Shown: positions 9,292 through 16,917 of the stretch, piece after piece
How the letters are laid out: every line of letters begins with the position of its first letter
Numbering within the stretch: position 1 is the stretch's first letter
DNA from: a virus
Taxonomy: Duplodnaviria > Heunggongvirae > Uroviricota > Caudoviricetes
IMG/VR virus record: IMGVR_UViG_3300019378_000003
Reading direction: 5' to 3' (one strand)
DNA length: 40,640 bases
Translations under genes and position numbers: made by a program
The notes under the pieces: model-generated
Database searches by the model: none
What the model was told of the DNA's origin: nothing
The model's input: the letters and a program-made list of their open reading frames with translations, nothing else

Positions 9292-9368
9292 TGGCTCCTG
9301 GGGAAAGAATTGAACTTTCATCTGTAGGGCCACAACCTACCGTCCTAACCTATTGGACTACTCCAGGC
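9292..9368 (-). tRNA. trnH: tRNA-His(GUG)
   Basis: Loop TTGTGGC, G-1. Confidence 0.9.
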
Positions 9369-9423
9369 TCAAAGGTGGGGAGTATTACGCCACTCCCCGA
9401 AGCGCCACCTTGCCAGGTGGAAT

Positions 9424-9499
9424 TGGCGGCTCATAGGGGACTTGAACCCCTGACCTTCTGGGCGACAACCAGATATTCTAACCACTGAACTAATGAACC
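9424..9499 (-). tRNA. trnD: tRNA-Asp(GUC), intact
   Basis: TCTGG-TTGTCGC-CCAGA, G73. Confidence 0.9.
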
Positions 9500-9504
9500 A
9501 TAAA

Positions 9505-10042
9505 TGGCAGTCCCGATGGGAATCGAACCCACGCCTTCGCCGTGCCTTAGATTACAAATTTTGTAGTATATCTTCGGCGTTAAAATCTTGTGCTATTTTA
9601 CAGATACTCTTTTGTTTAGGAGGAACTGTCCAAAATCTTGTTTCGGCTGTCCCAAACGGAGGAAATAAATAATATTTCCCTTTAAACTCTGTCATAAAAT
9701 AATCTATATCGTTAATAGAATAAGATTCTTTTATAACTTTGCCATCAACTCGTTTATCATACCGAGTTTTTACCCTAAAACCTGTTTCCAATTCTGTTGC
9801 ATGTTTACATTGAATACGATAGAACTTTCCATTTTTTTCGATAACTAAATCATATTTCAAATAATTACCTACTGGAAGCAAAACATTCCATCCATGTTCA
9901 AGTAACCATGTCTGACATTTCAACTCGGTAATTTGTCCTACTTGAGAAGGATTTAATTCCATGCATCACCAATCCCTTCTCCAAAGATATACCTTGTAAA
10001 GACCAAGACAGGGCGACATTCTAGCCGCTGAACTACGGGACT
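9505..10042 (-). tRNA. trnD: tRNA-Asp(GUC) split by a ~463-nt insert (9545-10007) carrying an endonuclease gene
   Basis: The 5' half AGTCCCGTAGTTCAGCGGCTAGAATGTCGCCCTGT and 3' half CACGGCGAAGGCGTGGGTTCGATTCCCATCGGGACTGCCA rebuild a normal cloverleaf. Confidence 0.85.
9552..9962 (-). CDS. PD-(D/E)XK endonuclease of the group-I-intron-associated (I-Ssp6803I-like) family
   Basis: G..TEL.C..WLLEHGWNV..P.G....YDLVIEKNGKFYRIQCK...YS..DIDYF pattern; lies inside a tRNA anticodon. Confidence 0.8.
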   Translation of the reverse strand: MELNPSQVGQITELKCQTWLLEHGWNVLLPVGNYLKYDLVIEKNGKFYRIQCKHATELETGFRVKTRYDKRVDGKVIKESYSINDIDYFMTEFKGKYYLFPPFGTAETRFWTVPPKQKSICKIAQDFNAEDILQNL

Positions 10043-10206
10043 ATAAAATCACAACCACTCGCGTCCCACCAATCTGTTGACATTTGCATCGTGGTTCCTA
10101 ACGATATTACTATCTCCCACGCATTACCTCGTAAACACATATACGCCGATAATTTCTACAAAATATCTCACTTGCCAAAGCCTTGTCCGTTGTGATGAAT
10201 TTTTAC

Positions 10207-10284
10207 TGGTCGGGCAGGTTGGACTCGAACCAACGACTTCCACCTTATCAGAGTGGCGCTCTGAACCAACTGAACTACTGCCCG
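10207..10284 (-). tRNA. trnI: tRNA-Ile(GAU)
   Basis: Canonical cloverleaf. Confidence 0.95.
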
Positions 10285-10363
10285 ATATAACCCTTCTGTT
10301 TTCTCGCATAAGCGAAGGCTGAACTTTACCGGTTTAATGTCCTTTCAGGGATTAGGACGAATC

Positions 10364-10450
10364 TGGTGCCCAAGACGGGACTTGAACCCGTACGACCTCA
10401 TGGCCAGCGGATTTTAAGTCCGCTGCGTCTGCCAATTCCGCCACTCGGGC
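10364..10450 (-). tRNA. trnL: tRNA-Leu(UAA)
   Basis: Class II cloverleaf. Confidence 0.95.
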
Positions 10451-10462
10451 ACACCATGAACC

Positions 10463-10558
10463 AAGGCACTGGTTCTTTTGAGGGATTCGAACCACTCTAA
10501 AAATTTCTTCGCACAAAAATTTTATTATCCAACTTGAAAGTTGCTGTTGCAGTGCCTT
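10463..10558 (-). ncRNA. stem-CAGCAA element F with a T-loop hairpin
   Basis: AAGGCACT-GCAACAGCAAC...GGTTCGAATCC...AGTGCCTT; starts right after the promoter at 10561-10601. Confidence 0.65.
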
Positions 10559-10602
10559 TACCTTATGATATTATTATATCATAAATTTTTTAAAAAGTCA
10601 AT

Positions 10603-10694
10603 TGGCGGAGTCTCTGGGACTTGAACCCAGACACCGTATTACCGATTACTGCTCGCTTTCCAAGCGAGTGCCTTACCATTAGGCTTAAGACTCC
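10603..10694 (-). tRNA. trnS: tRNA-Ser(GGA)
   Basis: Class II cloverleaf. Confidence 0.95.
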
Positions 10695-10699
10695 ACATA

Positions 10700-10791
10700 T
10701 GGCGGGGAGTGAGGGACTTGAACCCTCGCACCGGAAGAACCGATCTACAAGATTAGCAATCTCGCCCCTTCACCAACTTGGGTAACTCCCC
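10700..10791 (-). tRNA. trnS: tRNA-Ser(GCU)
   Basis: Class II cloverleaf. Confidence 0.95.
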
Positions 10792-10868
10792 ATAGAGAGA
10801 GGGATGCCCCAGCCACCACACTGGGGCATCATTTAGAAAGGAAAACATCCACACCACATAGATGTTGT

Positions 10869-10944
10869 TGGTCACCTACCGGGGATTCGAACCCACGATT
10901 GCCAGCGTGAAAGGCTGGATTCCTAGCCATTAGAACAGTAGGCG
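10869..10944 (-). tRNA. trnE: tRNA-Glu(UUC)
   Basis: CCAGC-CTTTCAC-GCTGG. Confidence 0.9.
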
Positions 10945-11267
10945 ATATTAATGCCATTTTGCGCGCGTGGCAGGCTCACCACAGGCTTAGCGCCCATCCC
11001 CTGATGAATCATGGTCATCAGTACCACGGTAGTCTTTATTCTTTGTGCACTAACGGCAGCGAGTGAAGGTGCCTACCGACCAAGTTCTCTCTCCCCTACC
11101 CAATGATTTAAAGTCCTGTAGGTCGGGACTCCTGTTCCAGTGTCCACAATAACTTCATTATTAATCGCCATTAATTTCTAATATGGGAATAGAACAGGTA
11201 GCATATAGTAGTTTATCAATTAAAAATGTTAATGCGAGGTGAAAACTACTACTCAAAAAGACCTCAT

Positions 11268-11341
11268 TGCCCGTAGCTGGATTCGAACCAGCACCTGCTC
11301 CTTTCAAAGAGGAGCCGATCTACCATTAAACTACCCGGGGC
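11268..11341 (-). tRNA. degenerate tRNA-Gln(UUG)-like
   Basis: CTCCT-CTTTGAA-AGGAG and an intact T-arm; imperfect acceptor stem, no encoded CCA. Confidence 0.6.
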
Positions 11342-11344
11342 ATG

Positions 11345-11420
11345 TGGTGCCTATGGTTGGATTCGAACCAACTACCTACTGCGTATGAAGCAGTCGCACA
11401 TCCTAATGTGCTTCACAGGC
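11345..11420 (-). tRNA. tRNA-Met/Ile2(CAU)
   Basis: ACTGC-TTCATAC-GCAGT. Confidence 0.85.
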
Positions 11421-11426
11421 ATAATC

Positions 11427-11502
11427 AAGGCGGGTTAGAAAAGCTTTTATAATCCTAAATTATACGCAATGTTTCTTCCAAAAGGTTTGCTGGAACCGCC
11501 TT
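11427..11502 (-). ncRNA. stem-CAGCAA element G
   Basis: AAGGCGG-TTCCAGCAAACC...CCGCCTT. Confidence 0.55.
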
Positions 11503-11560
11503 TGGTGTCGTAGTTACCGGCTATAACGGCGTATCTCGCTTGATTTTCACGTTAACAGTA

Positions 11561-11634
11561 TGGAGCACCATATGGGACTCGAACCCACTACCTCAGCTTG
11601 GAAGGCTAATATGTTACCAATACACTAATGGTGC
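11561..11634 (-). tRNA. trnG: tRNA-Gly(UCC)
   Basis: Canonical cloverleaf. Confidence 0.9.
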
Positions 11635-11902
11635 ATATGCTAGGGCAAGATAATACAGCGTATTCGCCGAAGCTACTGATCTGTTCTCTTGCCGAGCAAA
11701 AAGGTGGAGTTTACTTTGCTTTCTTATATACCGCTTTCCACTAAGCCACATATCTTTTTTCAACGACTGAGGACTGCCGAAGCGTTCTACCTCAATGTTC
11801 TCCTTTGGAGGGAGACATCTTTACTTAGATGAGAAGTTGAAAAAGCCGGTGGTAGTTGAACTCCAAAATCCATGTTAGCGGTGTATGCGCCGTTTGAGGG
11901 CG

Positions 11903-11977
11903 TGGCGCCCCGAGTAGGACTCGAACCTACAACCTACCGGTTAACAGCCGGTTGCTCCACCATTGAGCTATCGGGGC
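11903..11977 (-). tRNA. trnN: tRNA-Asn(GUU)
   Basis: Canonical cloverleaf. Confidence 0.95.
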
Positions 11978-12328
11978 ATATGAATGGGAGTTTATAAAGA
12001 TTGCTCCCTTCCCCGTGACCGCTCGTCGCGACCCACGCTAGACTTTTAGGCTACACGCCAAGGTCCTTCGGCCTTTATTATATGTAGGATAACCCTTTTC
12101 CTACACGTCTACTCGCTCTCACCATACACTTTCGACTTTTGGACGGCCTCCGAGCAATGGTGCTGCTCTGTCCTAGGGGCTAACGCTAATTACGAAGCTT
12201 TCTGTTGGAACAAGGATTCGAACCTCTCACCTTACAAGGATGGCTCCTCAGCTTTTACAGCAGACAAGGTATTCGTAATCTTCAAGTGGTTTCTCCTTAA
12301 CTGGTTTAGCGTGCGAAGTCAGCACGGC
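11978..12328 (-). ncRNA. candidate large structured ncRNA (GOLLD/ROOL-like class)
   Basis: About 350 nt with no ORF between tRNAs, many short stems and an internal GGTTCGAATCC T-loop; class assignment unverified. Confidence 0.4.
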
Positions 12329-12403
12329 TGGTGATGTCAGGAACAATTGCATTTGCCATTTCCCGATTGAGAGTCGGGCGTCCTACTCTTAGACGATGAC
12401 ACC
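12329..12403 (-). tRNA. trnE: tRNA-Glu(CUC), aberrant T-loop
   Basis: CCCGA-CTCTCAA-TCGGG, acceptor and CCA present; T-loop lacks TTC. Confidence 0.7.
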
Positions 12404-12406
12404 ATA

Positions 12407-12483
12407 TGGTGACTCCAGCTGGATTCGAACCAGGCATTACCGGCTTGAGAGGCCGGTCTCCTAAACCGTTAGAGGATGGAGCC
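12407..12483 (-). tRNA. trnE: tRNA-Glu(CUC)
   Basis: Canonical cloverleaf. Confidence 0.9.
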
Positions 12484-12644
12484 ATATCTTGTGTTGAGTT
12501 TCTCTCTCAACCTTACATATATATTATATCATAATTTTTTGAAGTTTTCAAGGAACGGATCTTTTTGTCAGCATTCAGTATTCTCCTTGGTAAATGTGGA
12601 GAACAGTGGCAACGGCACCGCGGACAGGAACTGACTTGCCGTCA

Positions 12645-12720
12645 TGGTCACCCAGGTAGGAATTGAACCTAACACCTCAGGCTTGAAAGGCCTGCGTCTT
12701 AACCACTTGACTACTGGGCG
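12645..12720 (-). tRNA. trnE: tRNA-Glu(UUC)
   Basis: Canonical cloverleaf. Confidence 0.9.
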
Positions 12721-12724
12721 ATAT

Positions 12725-12800
12725 TGGTGTGCCATCGGGGACTTGAACCCCGGACTCCCTGATTAAAAGTCAGGTGCTCTACCGACTGAGCTAATGGCAC
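12725..12800 (-). tRNA. trnK: tRNA-Lys(UUU)
   Basis: Canonical cloverleaf. Confidence 0.95.
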
Positions 12801-12897
12801 GCAAAGCGTTCTAACGACTCCCGCAGCGGGTTTCTTGCTCAGAAGCGGTGTTTTCCTTCACCTTGTATATATATTATATCATAATTTTTTGAATTTT

Positions 12898-13029
12898 TCA
12901 AATGAAGGATTTGTTTTGCTGGACGTGATGATCGTAATCATCATCCCAGCCGACCCAGTCTTCGTCGAAGTAGTCACGCTCATTGTAGTACTCTTCGCAG
13001 GTGATATCACAGATGTAATCGTCAAGCAC
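12898..13029 (-). CDS. 43 aa very acidic peptide
   Basis: Own promoter and GGAGG SD, GTG start: MLDDYICDITCEEYYNERDYFDEDWVGWDDDYDHHVQQNKSFI. Confidence 0.6.
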   Translation of the reverse strand: MLDDYICDITCEEYYNERDYFDEDWVGWDDDYDHHVQQNKSFI

Positions 13030-13250
13030 TTAGCATTCCTCCCTCAACCTTATGTATATATTATATCATAATTTTTTGAAATTTTCAAATGAAGAAGTTT
13101 TCGTATTAGAGTTGAAAATCCACGAGGGTAATTTATCCTCGTATGTCCCAAAAAATTGGAGGGTAAAACCGTGAATTTCAACCCATATGCATCTATGCTT
13201 ACTTATATATAAAGTCTGGTCGGTCGAATTTTTACAGTTTTACCCTGTTC

Positions 13251-13327
13251 TGGTAGTCCTCCTGGGACTCGAACCCAGGACACACGGCTTATAAGGCCGC
13301 CGCTCTCACCTACTGAGCTAGAGGACC
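13251..13327 (-). tRNA. trnI: tRNA-Ile(UAU)
   Basis: GCGGC-CTTATAA-GCCGT anticodon arm, A73. Confidence 0.85.
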
Positions 13328-13360
13328 TCAATGAGGTCTTTGCTCATTTGACTTTTAGAA

Positions 13361-13477
13361 TGGCAGGGGCTCTAGGATTCGAACCTAAGTCTCCGGCTTG
13401 ACATGCTAAGACTATTGCTGAAAGCTCTGTCACCAGACCCTCTTTTTACGGTATGCTAACCACTGCACTAAACCCCT
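13361..13477 (-). tRNA. trnD: tRNA-Asp(GUC) with a 42-nt insert (13407-13448) in the 5' anticodon stem
   Basis: Removing the insert gives CCGGC-ATGTCAA-GCCGG and a 75-nt cloverleaf with G73. Confidence 0.75.
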
Positions 13478-13545
13478 ATGTTTGAGGGAGTAGGAATCAC
13501 TCCCTCAACCTTACATATATATTATATCATAATTTTTTGAAAAAA

Positions 13546-13716
13546 TCAATTAGCGGCGGTTTCGGGCGCGACATAGTCGGTGGGAACCGGCACTTCGTAG
13601 GTTTCTACCACTGCGGTAGGTTCTGCCACAGGGGTCTCAACCGGAGCGGGAGCGCAAGCAACAAGACCACAGGCAAGTGCTACAAGCACTGCGACAATAG
13701 CAATTACTTTCTTCAC
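13546..13716 (-). CDS. small lipoprotein
   Basis: Own promoter, AAGGAG SD; MKKVIAIVAVLVALACGLVAC lipobox followed by a Pro/Thr/Glu-rich tail. Confidence 0.7.
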   Translation of the reverse strand: MKKVIAIVAVLVALACGLVACAPAPVETPVAEPTAVVETYEVPVPTDYVAPETAAN

Positions 13717-13798
13717 GCGATTGTTCTCCTTTCTTCTCTTGATTACATATATATTATATCAAAATTTTTTGAATTTTTCAAATCAAAAATCATTGAAG

Positions 13799-14956
13799 TT
13801 ACACCATATAGTGTAACTTCTTGGACTGAGGACGTTTAAAGAGGATATGAGAAACCTGCTGAGTCTGACGCTCACGATACCACTGAGCCTTAGCGACCTT
13901 TCGGGCATCATTCTTGTCTTCTTCATCGAGTTCTGCATAACAATCGTAGTAATCATTCTGCCAATCAATCTTGACATCTTCACCACGAATAATTACACCA
14001 CCACGAGTATAGTCATAGACATTATCGCCAGGAGTGAACTCGGCATAAAAGTCCCAATCTTCTTTATCTTGGAACTCCAGCTTAACCTTGTCATCACTCC
14101 ACATGTCGATAGGCTGACGACGCTCAGACTTCTCACCATTGGTGAAATAAATTACAAGAGTAATCCACTCATTCTCAACCTTGAGAATATTCAAGTCTTT
14201 GATTACTTCCTCAAAAGGCAGGCCGGTGCTAAGTTCAAAAGCAATAGCACGCAGGCAGTCATAGTTCAGACTTACCTTATGAGAGAAGCCCACAACCTTT
14301 TCGATTTCGCCATAATACTGCTCGGGCAGCTTATCGAGCATATATTCACGCACTTCATCATCGGCGGGGAAATCAAAACGTAGATGGTAATGGAAACGAC
14401 CCGGACGATTAACAAGATAATCGTTCAGTTTACGAATCTCATTACAGGTAATGACGAACAACTTCTTACCCTGACTCATGCCGTCAAACAGAGTAAGGGT
14501 CTCGGTCTGCGGGTCAAGAGCAGTACCTTCATGCTCCTTCTTGCCGCAGAAGGTCTTGTCAAATTCATCGAATACGATTACTGCTTCCTGTGCAATTTCG
14601 CTCAAGAAGTCAGAAACGCCCGGCATAAAAGAGGTCACCAAAATAACCGGATAACCAGCCTGAACAGCTCGCTCGGCAAGCAACTTGGCAGACATAGACT
14701 TACCAATACCCTTTTCGCCAGACAGAATAACACCAAGGTTACGTTCTGCGACGTTAAAGGCAGTCAAAATCTTATCTACTTTTGCTTCATGAACGCCGTA
14801 CATCTTTTCGGCTACAACAATATCGGCGGTCTTCTCCAAGAAGAAGCCAGACCGTTCGCTGAAACAAACATTGTAAAACTGCACGGGCAGAGTGTCCTTT
14901 ACAATGAGGTCATCAGCATAAATCTTATAGATATTTCCAGTTTGAACAATTTTCAT
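13799..14956 (-). CDS. AAA+ ATPase
   Basis: GEKGIGKS Walker A, IVFDEFDK Walker B, NRPGRFHY Arg finger. Confidence 0.9.
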   Translation of the reverse strand: MKIVQTGNIYKIYADDLIVKDTLPVQFYNVCFSERSGFFLEKTADIVVAEKMYGVHEAKVDKILTAFNVAERNLGVILSGEKGIGKSMSAKLLAERAVQAGYPVILVTSFMPGVSDFLSEIAQEAVIVFDEFDKTFCGKKEHEGTALDPQTETLTLFDGMSQGKKLFVITCNEIRKLNDYLVNRPGRFHYHLRFDFPADDEVREYMLDKLPEQYYGEIEKVVGFSHKVSLNYDCLRAIAFELSTGLPFEEVIKDLNILKVENEWITLVIYFTNGEKSERRQPIDMWSDDKVKLEFQDKEDWDFYAEFTPGDNVYDYTRGGVIIRGEDVKIDWQNDYYDCYAELDEEDKNDARKVAKAQWYRERQTQQVSHILFKRPQSKKLHYMV

Positions 14957-14965
14957 ATTACCACT

Positions 14966-15199
14966 TCATAACCTTTCTTCTCTTGAAGGTCGCCCATTTA
15001 CCCATACACGGATATAATTATTTTCGAGATACCACCAAAAATCATTTGGTGTAAGCATAACCAAAGCCTTTCCAAAGGGGATTACATCTTCACCCTTTGG
15101 AAAGAATCTTACTTTGTTGAATTGAACGAATGAATTACTCATTTCCTCATTGCTCAATTCCATGAGTTCATCTTCAGTTCGCACAATTCGTTTGGACAT
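14966..15199 (-). CDS. hypothetical protein
   Basis: 77 aa, overlaps the stop of the upstream gene. Confidence 0.65.
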   Translation of the reverse strand: MSKRIVRTEDELMELSNEEMSNSFVQFNKVRFFPKGEDVIPFGKALVMLTPNDFWWYLENNYIRVWVNGRPSREERL

Positions 15200-15495
15200 T
15201 ACAGGTCGAGCTCCTTCATCAGTCGATCCAGAGTCGCCTTCTCGTCCTCCCCCATTTCTACCTTCTTCGCAGGGGTTGCGACAGGTTCATCGCCAAAATT
15301 GATGTCGCCACCTTGTGCGTTAAAAGCCACAGGAGTCTTGGGGACGGTCATAGATACAGCAACCTGTACTCGCTCACCATTCTCAGTGGACATGAAATAG
15401 AACTTCTTACCATCTTCAGTGCCGCAATAGTCAGCACCAACTGCGGTGATAAACCGCTTCATAAGAGTATCTTTTGCGATAGCTCCCTTTGCCAA
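15199..15495 (-). CDS. hypothetical protein
   Basis: TTG start after promoter and SD, 98 aa. Confidence 0.75.
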   Translation of the reverse strand: MAKGAIAKDTLMKRFITAVGADYCGTEDGKKFYFMSTENGERVQVAVSMTVPKTPVAFNAQGGDINFGDEPVATPAKKVEMGEDEKATLDRLMKELDL

Positions 15496-15561
15496 TCAAA
15501 TCATTCCTCTCTTTACTTTATGTATATATTATATCATAAATTTTTGAAATTTTCAAATGGA

Positions 15562-16917
15562 TTATCTACAATTCCAGCAAATCCATTCTCCATGGATACG
15601 TGTTCCTTCATCTGAGTTCTCAGAATTAAAGAGTGCTCCACATACTTCACATTCTACGAGAAGGTCTTCTGCGCAATTCGGGCAGTAATACTGACCCTGC
15701 GCAGCAACAGCTTCAGAAATGATTACACGTTCACCGCAACCGGCGCAAACGCCAATTACTTCATCATCCACATAATCACTATTATGTAGTAGGCAATCAT
15801 TACAAAGCATGGCTTCACTGGTTTCAACATCTGTCTCGCCACAACACAGACATTTCACCTTATGGCCTACTACCATAGCTTTTACAGATTTCTTGCCGTT
15901 ATACATATAAGGATATACAACAGGAACGTAGAAAGAAGAACGAAGCAAATCATTGAAATGAAGTGCGCCATCAACATCTTTTACATAGGCACGCATAGGA
16001 CGAGCAGTTTTCTTCAGGAAAACCGTAGGCTCTCCCAATTCAAAAGACTGACCGTTAATCATAGCATAACCACGCTGAACGGCAGACTTCCATTCACCAT
16101 AATCATTTCCAAGAGACCAGCCATCGAAATATCTTGGCGGAACCTCTCTATCGAAATGCTTCAGCTTTTCAGTAAACTGAGTAATCTTATTGAGAATATT
16201 ATTACAGGTAAAAGGATACTGACGACCGGCCCAAATCAGTTTGTTTTCTCTATCAAAATAGAGCAAACAGCGCCACTTTTTATTATTCCATGGTACATCG
16301 TCAGGGAAACGAGGCAGTTCAGTATCTTCTTCACTCTTGAGATAAGCCATTACGGTACAATCATCGAGCATATAGGACAGATTACCACTACGATATTCTC
16401 CATCCAACGCATGACAACTACGCCAATTATGCTGATTTTCACTGGAACTCAAAAAGTCCAGAGGATGAACGGACAAACAAAGTTTGCCGCTAATCTTATT
16501 CTCTTGAATGATACGAGAAAGTTCTATCTGAATATCATTGATAATACCCAAATCAATACGGTCAATCCAATATCGACTAAGGGCTTTACCAATTTTCATT
16601 CCAATAGGAATTACTTTATCCTCAAATCTAAATTCTCGGACAACTTTATTTTCAGTAAGACCTTCCTTATTGTCGTAGAGAAAACTTGCCATATAGGTAT
16701 CATAATCACCAATTCTTTCAAGGAATTGATTTAACTTATGATCCAAAGTTTCTGCGTCAAGAGGAAAAGTCATTACTTCATCGCTTTCCCAGATAGGACC
16801 GCCAACAATATCAGTAAAAAACTTTTTATTAGCGGTCCAAGTTTCCTCCATATCAGAGAGGTTTGGATTCGGGATTCCCTGACTGAACTGAATTACTCTT
16901 TTTACCTGTTCCCACAT
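15562..16917 (-). CDS. conserved phage protein with C-terminal Cys-rich Zn fingers (paralog of 19607..21520)
   Basis: LCLSVHPLDF..S.N..NWRSC...G.YR.G motif; repeated CxxC pairs. Confidence 0.8.
   Translation of the reverse strand: MWEQVKRVIQFSQGIPNPNLSDMEETWTANKKFFTDIVGGPIWESDEVMTFPLDAETLDHKLNQFLERIGDYDTYMASFLYDNKEGLTENKVVREFRFEDKVIPIGMKIGKALSRYWIDRIDLGIINDIQIELSRIIQENKISGKLCLSVHPLDFLSSSENQHNWRSCHALDGEYRSGNLSYMLDDCTVMAYLKSEEDTELPRFPDDVPWNNKKWRCLLYFDRENKLIWAGRQYPFTCNNILNKITQFTEKLKHFDREVPPRYFDGWSLGNDYGEWKSAVQRGYAMINGQSFELGEPTVFLKKTARPMRAYVKDVDGALHFNDLLRSSFYVPVVYPYMYNGKKSVKAMVVGHKVKCLCCGETDVETSEAMLCNDCLLHNSDYVDDEVIGVCAGCGERVIISEAVAAQGQYYCPNCAEDLLVECEVCGALFNSENSDEGTRIHGEWICWNCR

Noticed and set aside
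9545-10007. Canonical group I intron
   Set aside because: Only about 52 nt lie outside the ORF and no P3-P7 core is recognisable; kept as an unexplained insert
5437-10322. Track ORFs overlapping tRNAs (e.g. 5881..6096, 6453..6734, 7735..8127, 8397..8798, 9040..9488, 10077..10322)
   Set aside because: They are translations of tRNA sequence
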